Assembly: GCA_012295275.1 (NCBI GenBank)
Contig: CM022671.1
Location: forward strand, 3,410,001-3,474,000
Source: Chrysomallon squamiferum
Taxonomy: Eukaryota; Animalia; Mollusca
Length of the DNA stretch: 64,000 nucleotides
Direction: 5' to 3'
This document shows positions 1 to 12,707 of the stretch, piece after piece. A program made the position numbers and the translations under genes. Under the pieces are notes generated by a model. That model searched no databases. It saw only the letters and a list, made by a program, of their open reading frames with translations, and was not told the origin of the DNA. How positions within the stretch are numbered: the first letter of the stretch is position 1; every line of letters begins with the position of its first letter.

Positions 1-515
1 TACTGCAAATAAAAAACTAATTATTGCTTTTTAATGAAGCTGAACTTTAAAAGGGCAGTAAAAGGATTAAACCCACTATGAACTAAAGATCAGAAAGAGA
101 ATTTATGTTACATTTCAATACTAAAAGGAAATAATGCTTTTATTAAAAGACTTAGGTAAAGTAATTAATTTTCATTTAATGTGTTTTGACATTGTGTTTC
201 CTTAATTAATTTAAGACTAATCTTTCCACAGAAAAGTTTAATATGATGAATGCAGGATTATTACCCAGTTAAAACTGTAATCAACAATTTAATTAATTTA
301 TTTAACTAATAAACCAACCCAGCTCATCATATAAATCCCTAAACAGAATTATCTAAAGTAAATTTAAAACACACACACTTACTTACACATATAAACACTC
401 TGAACACACACGTACTCAGTTATCTACACATAGCAAACACAGGTTTAATACATACAACAACCACACTGTATATATAAACATGTACATACATATACAAATA
501 TATAGACAATATATA

Positions 516-550
<35 letters not shown>

Positions 551-1020
551 CACATATATTCATATGCAAATACAAACATAAAAATACACACTATCACATA
601 CACACACAGAGTATATACACATACCTACATACAGACTTTCATGACACAAAAGGCATAAAACAAGAGACATGATAAATTTAACAGTTACAAATTAATATTA
701 TAAAACAATATATTGACTTATTACATCAAGGCACAAACAAACCAAACAAAAACGTTTAATTAGAATTATTATTTAAATGTTATATCTCATGTTATTCACC
801 ATGTGCTTGCTGTCTAGATATCTTGTATAGATCAGTGTATCCAAAATAATAACTAAGAGAACATTTAACAAAACCTTGGCACATCATATCAAATGCTATG
901 ACATACACTTTTGTGTTTAGGGGAAGGTGCATTTCAGAATTACTTTTCTGCTAATGTAAAAATGAAAAATCACTGCTAAGTTTGTGATCTGAAAAATCAC
1001 ACATGCAAGCATGCATGCAC

Positions 1021-1067
1021 AACACACACACACACACATGCACACACACACACACACACACACACAT

Positions 1068-1102
<35 letters not shown>
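1021..1102. repeat. (CA)n microsatellite in the presumed GPCR 3'UTR or 3' flank
   Basis: Interrupted CA tract; another lies at about 518-549. Confidence 0.95.
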
Positions 1103-1104
<2 letters not shown>

Positions 1105-2000
1105 GCAATATAACCACTGATTAAAATGGAATGTAATTGGGTTAAAATAAACAAAACAACACCAAAATTTCATCTCAAGAATTTATTAAAATTTTTAAAT
1201 TATTTTTAAATAACAATTAACATATTATCATATTCATTATACATTTCTTTTATCACATTAATATTGTGAAAGATTAATATGGCAAGACACAAAAATATTT
1301 TTTTTGTTAAGAAAAAAATCAAACTTTGGTTAATCATAAAAATATTCATCTTAATGAATATAAAAGTGAGTTATTTTTATTAAAGTATACTAAAGTTTGC
1401 ACCAAAATACTATATAGAATGCATACTTCTAAGTGGCTGTTTAATCTGACTAGTACCCAACCTTTACTAAAAATAAACTATATTTCATTTGGTGTATAAA
1501 AAAATGTGTTTATAAATGACCTAAGGTACACTTTAAGATTGAAAAAAAATACAAATTTAGATCTTTTAAATGGTTAATGGTATATATATGTTTAATTAGG
1601 CACCTGTTAGTAAAATAAATAAATTACATGTTAATTTTCTCACTGATCAGTATTTACACATGAAATGCATTTCTAATTTTCTAAAACATTTCTTACATTC
1701 AGCAATGGATTGTTAAGGAATGTATTCATCAGGCTTACTTTCTGTCTGTCAATGTATATGTGTGTCTGTGTGTGTGAGTGTGAGAGAGTGAGAGTGTGTT
1801 TGGGATAAAGAATAAAAATATGTGAAACAATAACAATCAGTTAATTATATTTTAAATATTAATGACTTTCTCTATAAAAAAAAAAAAAATAATAATAATA
1901 ATAATAATAAATATAAATGAAAATACAAATATGAGCAAACTAGTAAGTTATTTAAGAGTTAATTATCCAGTATTTTTCTCTGATAACCAAAACAGATCAA

Positions 2001-3301
2001 TCAAGAGGAGTTTTTCAGATGAGCCACGAGGTATCCTATCGGGGGTTTGTTTGAGTTTTGCTGGGCTGTGTTGGTGTAAAAGTGTGGCGCTTCAACATTT
2101 CCATTGTTTGCCGTGTAGTCCGAGGCTTCAGACACTGACTGGTCAGAATCGCCCATCAGCGGAGCAGCAGCGTTGTGCAGAACTTCCGGCTTCTTCATCA
2201 CTTTGTTGTTGATGCCGTTCAGCTCCATCTGACCAACGTGAACGTCCTTTCTGTGGTCGACGGACAAACTGAATCTCCGGTTTATCTGGTTCAGCTTTTC
2301 GGCATCGAAGATGCACACGCAGAACAGTCTCCAGAACTCGGCGCGGAACTTCTTACCGAAAAAATAGTATGGCACAATGTTGATTGCAGAATTGAGGGTG
2401 ACGAGAAACAAGACAACTTCGTTAAACGTGTGGTAGCCTTTCGACAGGTCGTTGAACGTCGTGAACGCGAACATCATCCTGGCAACGAGGGCGGGACCCT
2501 GGCAGATGAGGAAAATGATGACCACGCCTATCAACATGATGGTGGTGTCGTTTCGTCGCTTCTCCTTGGCGTTGATCTCTCGGCCTTTCTGCGGGACAGG
2601 TGCACAGCGTGGATGAGAAACCCATTGAGAATGGTGAGCGCAAGGAACGGCAAACCACACACACAGATCAGGTACAACCAGGAATGCACAATCTCGCGGA
2701 AATAGTCGTTAGTCCCGAACTGAGTAAAATCTATGTAGTATATTATTTTAGTCGTGTTCATCACGTCTATTTGAATTTTGGCGGTGTAGTACTCGAAGAA
2801 TCGGGGCACGTTGAAGCCGATGCCAGCGAGAAACATGGTCACAATGACCTTTTTGGCTCTGCCTCTGTTACACATGCGCTCAGCCTTGAAAGGATGACAT
2901 ATCATGATGTACCTGTCCACTGTGAAGGCTAAAGTCAACCATATTGAGGTCACTTGAAAGGTCACGGTGATGGGGTGCACGAAGGGGTAGACGAACACGT
3001 AATACACGTCGAGGTTCGAGTCGCTCAGCGGCGGTTTCGTATCTTTAACAAACAACATCAACGTGGTGATCAGCACCAACGTGTCGCACACTGCCAACGA
3101 TGCTAGATACATGTACGTCGACGACCGCATCTTCTTTGTGGTCAGCACGATCACACAGAGGATGTTGCCGATCATTCCAAGAGTACAGACGATGGTTCCT
3201 CCGATTCCTGACAGGTAGTAGCGAAACTCAGCACTTTCAAATCCATCCATGTTTTCTGAACCAGAGTCGTCAACTATCTCACTGAAATTATCAGTTGCCA
3301 T
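2001..3301 (-). CDS. Class A (rhodopsin-like) 7TM neuropeptide GPCR, FMRFamide-receptor-like family (FMRFaR/sex-peptide/myosuppressin receptor group); single coding exon, about 433 aa after correcting a 1-nt frameshift at about 2584-2588
   Basis: ORF 2531..3301 supplies TM1-TM5: GMIGNILCVIVL (GN), MRSSTYMYLASLAVCD (LAxxD), SIWLTLAFTVDRYIMICHPF (DRY), FNVPRFFEY (family-typical NxPRFFE), GLPFLALTILNGFLI. ORF 2001..2660 supplies TM6-TM7 and the tail: RRNDTTIMLIGVVIIFLICQGP (FxxCQxP), LVTLNSAINIVPYYFFGKKFR (NSxxNxxxY plus helix 8). N-glycosylation sequons NFS (N-terminus) and NTT (ECL2), FCVC candidate palmitoylation site, RRFS candidate PKA site. ATG at 3299-3301, TGA at 2001-2003; the 1301-nt span is 1 short of a multiple of 3. 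The segment is GC- and CpG-rich relative to its flanks. Confidence 0.9.
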
Positions 3302-3328
3302 GACAACTGGGTAGAGATAACAAATTCT

Positions 3329-3349
3329 TTACTCCTCAGATTTACCCAT
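3329..3349 (-). other. Short upstream ORF (MGKSEE*) in frame with the GPCR start
   Basis: Minus strand reads ATG GGT AAA TCT GAG GAG TAA; the uORF ATG is 48 nt upstream of the main ATG. Function is unproven. Confidence 0.4.
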
Positions 3350-5668
3350 AGTCACTAAAACACAGTTCTGTGGTGAGAGTCACTTTTTATATCTTGTCAT
3401 ACTCAACATACACAGAGCCAGCAGTTTCGGAAACTCCAAAGTTTAAATAATATTTACTGAGTATATATCTTTGTTTACATCTAGTAATATGTAGGTTAAC
3501 ACACCAGTATTAAATTCCTATATGATCCATTATCTTTGATGAATGAATAGGTTTCAGTTTTGTAAAATCCAAACTGGTAAATTTTCACCATCAGTCATGT
3601 ACAGTAACTGTTGATCTGCTTTGCTTGATTGCAAGAATATTTTTTTCACTACACAAATAACACACCATCAGATATTTTACTTTGTTAGACTTCAGTTTTA
3701 CCACTGAACAACTTCATATATGAAATATTCTGCTTGACTCTGAAGATTCCAAGCTTCTCAGTGATCACAATATGAAGAATATTCAACCAAAAATTTTAGT
3801 TTTCTGAATTCCTGCATGAGTTAGTATTCAAATTCTAACTTTATGTCCAAGCTAATAATAAATAATTCTTAATATAGTCTAATCATTTTAAGTAAACAAA
3901 GAACACCCTATCTTCAATTTTACTTTACTTTATTATGTATATATATTTTTACTTCTTGTTTAACCATGTTCAGTAAAAGATAAAAGTTTAAACTAAAGTC
4001 TTATTTCACTGGGTTTAGAATTTAGGACTCGTTGGATACAGAAACTACAATTAGTCTGCCTGAACAAATGAATGTTCAACAAAGCATTAAAAACTGATGT
4101 TACTATTTGATGATAAACCTGCCAATGATTTGACAAAGGAAAAAAATCCTCAAAACTGATTTTATCAGTTAATTGATCAGGTCAGTTGTTCATGTCTAGA
4201 CATTCAGAGATTAATAAATCTTGATCATTATCATTTTCTTTTCTTTTTAAACATGCATGGATATTTGAAAATATCAATTCCTTTGACAGAATTATCAAAG
4301 TAATAAAGAATATTTTTTTATTCAATGAACACACAGAAATGTGAGTCCTTATTATTTATCTGAGTAAAATTTGTTAGTATTGAAGATTATTTAAAAAAAA
4401 TTCTTTGGATATTCAGAAACTAGTAAAACTCTTTTTGTGCTTGTTCAAGAGGCATCCATTAATTAGTAACTGTCAATATCATTTATTCGTTGAAAATTAC
4501 ATATCACTTTTCATCAGAATTTTATTATTATCATTATCATTTTTTATCATCTTTTTAATATCATAAAAGTTTTATCTAATTTTTCATCATCATCAAACAT
4601 AAATGACCATTTTTTTATTTCACTTGTCTTCATGAAGAGACGATAAATTTTCCTTCATCTTTGGGTTTTCTCAAAACCTTATACAAGAGCAATATCTTTC
4701 ACTCAAAGATGTTTGATTTGGCCAAGTCTTCTTGGTCATGTTGACTGATGCTATATCAATATAAGCCAGCTCATTTAACACACTGTGCTTGTTGTGATCA
4801 GCATGAAATGAAAAATGTGAGGCCAATCAGTCAGAGAGAGGAGAAATTAGCCGATCTCCTGTGAGTTGTGAGACCTCACGCAACCATCCCCAGTAGCCAG
4901 CACATCATTCCAACAGTTTGTCACTGACCACAGAAAGTCACTTGTGTCTTCCTAGCACATGTCATCACACTGAAAGTTATTAATAAACACTTTCTTCAGT
5001 GGTTAACACAACTGATGGCTTCTTTTTTCTTTCTTCAATTCAAAGAGAATTATTGATAATGTGTGTTTTTGTTGTTAAACTGCGTCGTTCTTCCTATTAT
5101 TAATTATTTTTCTTTTCTTAAAAAAAAAAAAAACGTTTTTCTTCTTAATGTATTTTGATCTGTCAGACAGAAAATAATTTTTTTTTTTGTTGTAGCAAAT
5201 TCTTATTTTATCAGTTTACTGTAATCCTTTTTTTACAGCAAGTGGCCTACTGGTTTTTCAAAAATATCCTTTTATTAACAGTAACTGTTGTTATGTTTAT
5301 AGAAAATTCCTTTTCATTTTTTACAGCCAATTCCTCTTTTCTTTTTATGGAAACTTTCAAGATTATTATTTTTTAATAATATTTTCTGTTTGAAATTTTT
5401 GTTCAGTTTATCATCAGCTTCCTGTTCTCTTTGTAAATTCTTGTATTTTTATGATTTTATTCATATTCATTTTTATCATTCAGTTTTTTTTTCACTTCTG
5501 TCGTAAATTCCTGCTCACTTTTATTACAAAATTCCCATTCACTTTATTCCTGTTATTCACTTCAGCTGGGCACCATGTTCAGTTAACACGTATTTCTTGG
5601 GGCAATCACTCACTGTCCTTTTGTCCACTTCATTCCCACTGGACTCTCAGTAATCAGGCACTGACCAT

Positions 5669-5710
5669 CCTGAAATAGAGTGAAGAAAAAAAAAACACAG
5701 GAATCAGTTC
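5669..5710 (-). other. Candidate 3' splice acceptor for the GPCR 5'UTR/coding exon (AG at 5671-5670, exon starts at 5669)
   Basis: Minus strand: aaCTGATtcctgtg-T11-cttcactctatttCAG|Gatgg, i.e. branch-point-like CTGAT, a long polypyrimidine tract and TTTCAG|G. Confidence 0.6.
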
Positions 5711-5906
5711 AACGGTCATCTGAAAAAATTATTCTATTTTGCTAAATAATTTATTTAAATGTCTGCTTATTAACAAGTGGAAGTGATATTCAAAAAGTGA
5801 TAGTATTGGGTACAGATTGTGTTAGTTAAACTTAGCAAAATAATTATAATGACTAAGAAAGCTCAAGCATATATTTCTTGGACACTAGTAATTTGGCATA
5901 AAAAAA

Positions 5907-5937
<31 letters not shown>

Positions 5938-6949
5938 ATTTTAAACTGATTTTAGCAATATATATATGTCTTTTTTTTTTTTTTTTTTTTTTTTAATAAA
6001 TTATTATCCCAAATATAAAATAAACTGCTATTCAAAAAGAAACTAAGGCAAAGAAAGATTTAATGATGTCAAAATCATCTTAACAAAGATTCAAGCATAC
6101 AAGTCATGAACAACAGCAACATTAATAACCAAAAAAAATTCATCTTCGGTTACTATTATTGAACCTAAATACGGTTCCTGCAGAAAATGTCTACAGAAAT
6201 GTATGGATTTTTTAAGGTAATTTTAAGGACCAGACCCAGATGATTTTATGGACCTCTCAGGTGCAATAATGACTGATGTGATGCACATACAGGACAGACT
6301 GAAATGTGAGTCAGAGCATTGCTCAATGATTACTGTCTCTCACATGTCACTCTGCAGTACACTCACACTGACAAAATAACGTTTTTCACAAAAAACTGGT
6401 GCATATAAAACAACAAAAAACATTTGTAAACATCAAAAGATAATGTGTATGGGCTTTTATTGACTTTGTTGAAATCTAAAGATGTCTGAGTACTTAAAAT
6501 TGAAAGTTTTGACTTTTATGAAGTTGTGGAAACCATGTTAAAGTCATATTAAACATGAGTCATATAGCTTTAGCTATCAACATTTAAACACATTTGTCCT
6601 GTCCAGTGGGAAATTAATTCTATATAATATGAATATAATTAAATAAAGTGTGTTCTATGACAGGACAAAAGGTAATAAATGACATCTGGCATTCCATTAG
6701 GTATGTTGTAAATACAATAAATGTTTAGGTTTTAGCTTGAAATATACAAACAGTAACACAATGATAAGTTAACTTAAAATGATATTAAAAAAACAGAAAG
6801 AATAAAAACAACAGGACAAAATACATTAAATGAGATCTCAGGTAATTTGAAATAATTATTATGAATCATCAATATTAGCTTCAAATATTCAAATGAGAGA
6901 GGACAAAGCAATATGTAATAAAGCTGAACAACTTTTAGCTTGAATTAAT

Positions 6950-7160
6950 GCTATTTCCAGTTCCAAGTGGCTTATCACAGACATATCACTAAACGTACAT
7001 GTAAAACATATCTTGATTCTGACTGAAAAGAGTAACCCATGTGGTGGTGCCAGTGAGTTTCTTCTCATCATTATTAAGCAAAATCACTTTTGGACACCTA
7101 AAAACCATTTATATTAACATGTGTGTTGGATCTGTTTAAACAAATATTCATTCATTCATT
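6950..7160 (+). mobile_element. Degenerate interspersed repeat copy (SINE-like, 3' part with (ATTC)n tail)
   Basis: Shares AAAAGAGTAACCCAT (7026-7040) with the copy at 29738-29752 and, in reverse complement, with 57858-57870; ends in aaacaaatattcattcattcatt. Confidence 0.55.
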
Positions 7161-8471
7161 TATTCTTTCAGTGATTTGGAATTATTTATATCGTAAACAA
7201 CAATTTATTCATTCATTTACATCATTACTTGATTTCTTCATATATGAACAAAAATTCATTTATTTTATAACTTCATAAATTAAAGAAATATACATTTATA
7301 AGATAACTTGAAATATCTATATATTAAACACATATTTATTTATCTTATTACATGAATTTCTCATATGTTAAAGAAATAATTCATTCACTTTATAGCCTGA
7401 ATTCTTCATGTAGTAAACATGCATTTCATTTGTTTGGATTCTTTATGTTTAGGTGCATTCAAATCAGTGTCACACAAACCTATATAATCAAACAGGAACA
7501 AAATGGACTTTTGCTGTAAATATGATTTCACTTAATATACTTTATCACATGAACATTTGTGCAGATTGTGTTGTATGAATATTTATTAAGGTTATCTTTA
7601 TGAATATGTATGTCTAATTTACTTTATAAATATGCATATCAGTTTTTATGAATAAACAAGCTGAATACTTGTGCTACTGAGTAAATATATATTAACATTA
7701 ACATTAATCTTTGAAGAATCATTTGATAATTACCAGTTACAAAACACGTAAATACAGTTGAAAAATAAACAAATATTAGTTCAGAAAGAAGGAAACAAGC
7801 TTTCAATGGTTACAGTTCTTAATTGTTTTGTTTCAGGATGTCGTCACACTTTAAAAATTACTTATCACAAAGAACTAGAAAACTTCATAGTAGATGACGG
7901 AATGCAGTTTTTGAATTCAAATAACACTGTAGTGTTCTAGTATCATTGTATCAGTTTGTGATTGATGTGGATGCTGGAAATGTTTAACCATTGTTACCTC
8001 ACTAGTTATGACCTCACCAAAGAGTTCTGTCCATGACAAACGATTCAATTCTCTAATCCATTGTAATATTAAAATACTTGAAATTGTTTACACTTGTTGT
8101 ATATATAAAACTTATGGATATTATTCTTTCATATTCTTACATATAATATACATGTGGTTTTTTATAAACAATACATTTTGGTATATTTTATTTTAAATTA
8201 CATGATGGATCACATTTTTTCATTACAATAAATGTTTATTAACCACACATTATAATATATCTGTTTTAACATGAAAGATGAATGGTTCTTGTGTACTGAC
8301 ACAATGGAGAATCTCTGAAGTTATTTTCAATGCATGAAAGATAATGGAATCAAAATCCCAGAGTCAACACAGGACTGATCAACTTCAATGACCAGTGACT
8401 GGATCAGTCAAAGACCTTGTGTTTTCCAGCTTATGGGAAGGAGCATATACAAAATCATTTACAGATAAATC

Positions 8472-8503
<32 letters not shown>

Positions 8504-9834
8504 AAAAATGAAAAGAAATGAATAAGTAAATAAATAAATAAATAAATAAAATAAAATTAAATAATACCAATAAACAATTTGTTTTTAGAAAAATGGAGTA
8601 CCAAATCATATCATGGCAGCTTGTTTTCTCTCTATTTAGATGATTATCAGTCAATTGAATGGTGATATAATAACTGGTGCATTAAAATAAATTATTTCTT
8701 TTTTCATTTCTTCTACTGCTTCGAGCATGAACACTCATCTATTTACTTTTGTTCAGGAGTGAAGAGATTAACCAGCTTAAAAACACACATTACAGATTGT
8801 GTTTAAAACTGATTAAAATCAATACTAATTTATAACAGAGAGTTGAAGAATCACTGCTTCATTACAGAAAAATAAATAACTAAGACCTCCTAAAGCAAGT
8901 CCCATTCATCTTGAATTTCAAACTGTTTATAGTGATTTACAACTGTTTTAATCCATCTAGTTCTATTTACCATTTATTTTAAATTTAAAATTTCTTATAT
9001 CATGTTTATAGTGATTTAAAACCTGTGTACAGCAATTGATCTACTAATAGTGATTTGAAACTGTTTCCAGAGATTTTAAACTGCTCAGTGATTTGAAACT
9101 GTTTTAGTGATTTAAATCTATTTTTAAACTGTTAATAACAAAAAGTTGTAGAAACATCATCCCAGTGCTAAAATAAAAGAAGAATATATTTTGTTATATA
9201 ACTGATTAACAACAAGGTCTCTTTTGCATACAACAAAGACTCTTTTTATATACAGTAAGGACTCTTTTACATACAAATATGACAGTTTCTGATCTTTTTT
9301 TTTTCCTGTCAGTTATTTTGATATTTAATAGTTATATACTGAATTTAATTTATTAAATGTCTTAATACATATCTCTTCCATCAGACTAATTCAGTAATTC
9401 TGACAGACAGAGAGAACATTTATTTATTTTCATGACATACAAGATGGTAGTACATGTTTATGTGTATCAGATAACAGAGAGAGATTCTGTAACTATTAAA
9501 TGGCTGTAATGACCATGTGCAGTAACAAAGTGATGGTATTAATGACAGTGTATTATTATCTACAAACTGTAACCTAATCCTGTGTGCTTTTCTGGTAAAC
9601 ATCATGTAGTAAATAGGTTTAGTTGTATTTGGGGGTGGAGGTTAATGCCTCTGTGTGTGGGAGTAATTTAAATAATAATACAAAAAATGTCTTGCTAGGA
9701 TTACATGGGTAAATATTTAAGCACATAAGTCTTGGCCTGAGAGGTTTTTCATGTCATATTTCATTTTTACACATGAGACCAGTTTTAAATTAATAGAAAC
9801 TGTTGTAAAATACTAATAACTGTTAAATTTTTTA

Positions 9835-10447
9835 TGAGTGCTCTGACACTGAATGCTCTAACCATTAAGTCTGGTTAATGCTCTGTCTCTTGACTACAAC
9901 TATGATGAATGTTTCTGCCTGAGAACTACAATAACTTAGTCTCTGGTGAATGCTCTAACAGAATTACAACCATTATGTTTTGGATGAATGCTCTAACTTA
10001 ACAAGACTTATTATGTCTTTGATGAGTGTGCTATCAATGAACTACAATGATTAAGTTTTTGAAGAATGCTCCTCTCTGAACTATAAATTTTAAGTCTTTG
10101 GTACATGCACCACATTGAACCACAACTCATTTTTTTTTTTTAATTTTTCAATGTTCTATTATTGAACTACAGTGATTAAATATTTGATGAATGCTCTACT
10201 GTTGAACTACAATGATTAAATATTTGCTGAATGCTCTGTTGAACTACAATGATTAAATATTTGATGAATGCATTACTGTTGAACTACAATGATTAAATAT
10301 TTGATGAATGCTCTGCTGTTGAACTACAATGATTAAATATTTGATGAATGCTCTGTTGTTGAACTACAATGATTAAATATTTGATCAATGATCTGCTGTT
10401 GAATTACAATGATCAAGAATTTGCTGAATGCTCTACCATTGAACTAC
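9835..10447. repeat. 40-bp tandem repeat (about 7 well-conserved copies at 10161-10447, decayed copies back to about 9835)
   Basis: Unit gttgaactacaatgattaaatatttgatgaatgctctgct; gaactac/gaattac recurs at 10241, 10281, 10321, 10361, 10401 and 10441. Confidence 0.9.
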
Positions 10448-12044
10448 CTCTACTGAACCTAATTTGTGTTCTACTCAGTGTGATGTATCTGTGGTGTAAA
10501 TCAATGATGTACAAGATAAAAATTCTCTCACTTGTTACTGTGTTAAACACAGCAGTAAATGCCAATAACTGCCTGTCAGCAGAGGTGATCACGTAAACAG
10601 CACCACAGGCTCTGTCATCTGTACCCAGCTTAGTGCTGTAATCATTAAGCGTTTGGCCTTAACTCTGCTAGATACTCAGAACAAATCTTGTCTGTTCAGA
10701 GAAAAACCACCAATAAAAATATGTTGTATACAGAATCACATAAACAGCAGGATTGACTCTAAAATTTGTAGACTTTAAAACCTGTAAGTAGTCGGGTCAA
10801 ATCCTGTTGAGGAAAAGTGCAAAATCATTAAAAAAAAAAAAAAAAACTTGCTGCACAAACAAAAGTCAAAAGATTCATATTCAAGTACAACAGACTGTTT
10901 TGATTAACATACTAACACTAACGCTCTACTTTCTAAAACTTGCCTTCTGAATCTGAAATTAATACCTCTGTCAGTTTTTATTTGTCTGCTTGTATGTTTG
11001 TCTGTATGAATGAATCTGAGACTTTACTACTATTTTAAATATGATCTTCTAGAAGTGACGTGACTGTACAAAATACAAATTTAACAACCACTGTTTCAAA
11101 TTTCAAACATTTCCTCTGTGTATGTTTGTCTGTCTGTCAATGTGTTTAATGGTTAAGAACCTCATTTTTAAAACTGACAGTGAACAGATCAGTGAATAGT
11201 CACTGTATTACATTTCTAACACCTTTCTCTTTGTTCTAGGAATGAGTTTTTGTCTGTCCTCTTTTAAAGTGTTTAACTGATCAATAATTGTCACCAGAGT
11301 TTTAATAGTTGCAGTTAAAGAATTAAAGGTTGTCTCACACTTGAAACAGCCCTTCCTTTGAGTCTGTCTGTGTTTTATCTGTCTTGTTTTAAAGTAATGT
11401 AACTTAGTTTCTAAAACAAGTCATTGAATCACTCTTCATTTGAGTCTGTCTGTCTGTATTTATGTATGTGTATCCTGTTTTAACATATGTAACGTTCATT
11501 TTAAAACTGACCAATCAATAAAACAATTAACTTTAGACAAAATTCAAAGTTCAACTGAAACACAAAGAAAAGAAGATAAGCATGGATTTTGAAAAACAAA
11601 ACTCAGTGTTTAAAACTGAAATTACAGACAGCAATAAATGAGAAAAAAATTCATTTAGCTACACCGCAGAAAGTCCCAAAGTTTTCACTAATTATCAAAG
11701 TGACTAAAACCATAATAAAAAATAGATAAAAATCATAAATAAATAAATAAAATAATAACTATAACAGCAACAACAAGAAGAACAATGACAATAATAACAG
11801 CAGACAGGTCCAGTGTGTAGGAGATAAAGCTGAGGTCTAAGAACAGACACAGCAGACAGAACTAACTGAAATAATTAGCAATCACTGGATCACAGGCTGA
11901 CAACATTCCCTGTGTGTTTTCACTTAATTCCCAACTCATCTGAACACTAAGTAAAACTAAGCTGTGTTAAAACTAATTTCTGCACTTGTAAAGTATTTAA
12001 GCTTCAAGACTATGGCCTTGGTCCCTTGACCAGACAGCCTGTGA

Positions 12045-12086
<42 letters not shown>

Positions 12087-12158
12087 GAATATATGTGTAT
12101 TTTTTTTATCTGTGAATATAAGGCATATAATTTGTATGCATATTTAGTCTGTGTGCAA

Positions 12159-12203
<45 letters not shown>

Positions 12204-12666
12204 AGTGTTTGTGTGTTCATGGTTTATTCTTACCAATTAATAATAAAACAGTCTTTTGGACCTATTTTTATATAGCCATGTTGATATACATCACCATTAA
12301 GAAATAGAGACTGTATTATTTTTATATCAATATTTTTGAGGCAGTTACTTGTATGTCTTGAGATAAAAAATATGAAAAAGGAAAAATGTTGACGTCTACT
12401 ATTTTTTATTTAAGAAAATGTTTCTTCTATTTTGTACAATAAATAAATTAAAAACAAAACAAAATCACAAAATCAACTTATAAATATTCTTATTTTTTTG
12501 AAGAAAAAAAAATCTCCAATTTATCTTTAAAATAATGATGAATAAATAAAAGAAAAAGTTATTTTAGTTTCCAAAAATCTATTTTGAAATCTTTTTCAAA
12601 TGTGTATTATAATTTTAGGTTTTGTAACTGAAAATATTGCATCAAATACTAATTTTAAAAAATTGA

Positions 12667-12707
<41 letters not shown>

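Noticed and set aside
139-1381. Minus-strand AATAAA hexamers (1381-1376, 1187-1182, 144-139) as the GPCR polyadenylation signal
   Set aside because: AATAAA occurs frequently by chance in DNA this AT-rich; I cannot choose among them without 3'-end data.
2589-2600. A micro-intron (GTcccgcAG) as an explanation for the frameshift
   Set aside because: It is only 9 nt, too short to splice, and a multiple of 3, so it would not restore the frame.
2175-2932. Plus-strand ORFs (176 aa, 110 aa) antisense to the GPCR, and the 80-aa third-frame minus ORF
   Set aside because: Shadow ORFs produced by the GC-rich codon usage of the real CDS; they show no recognisable protein features.
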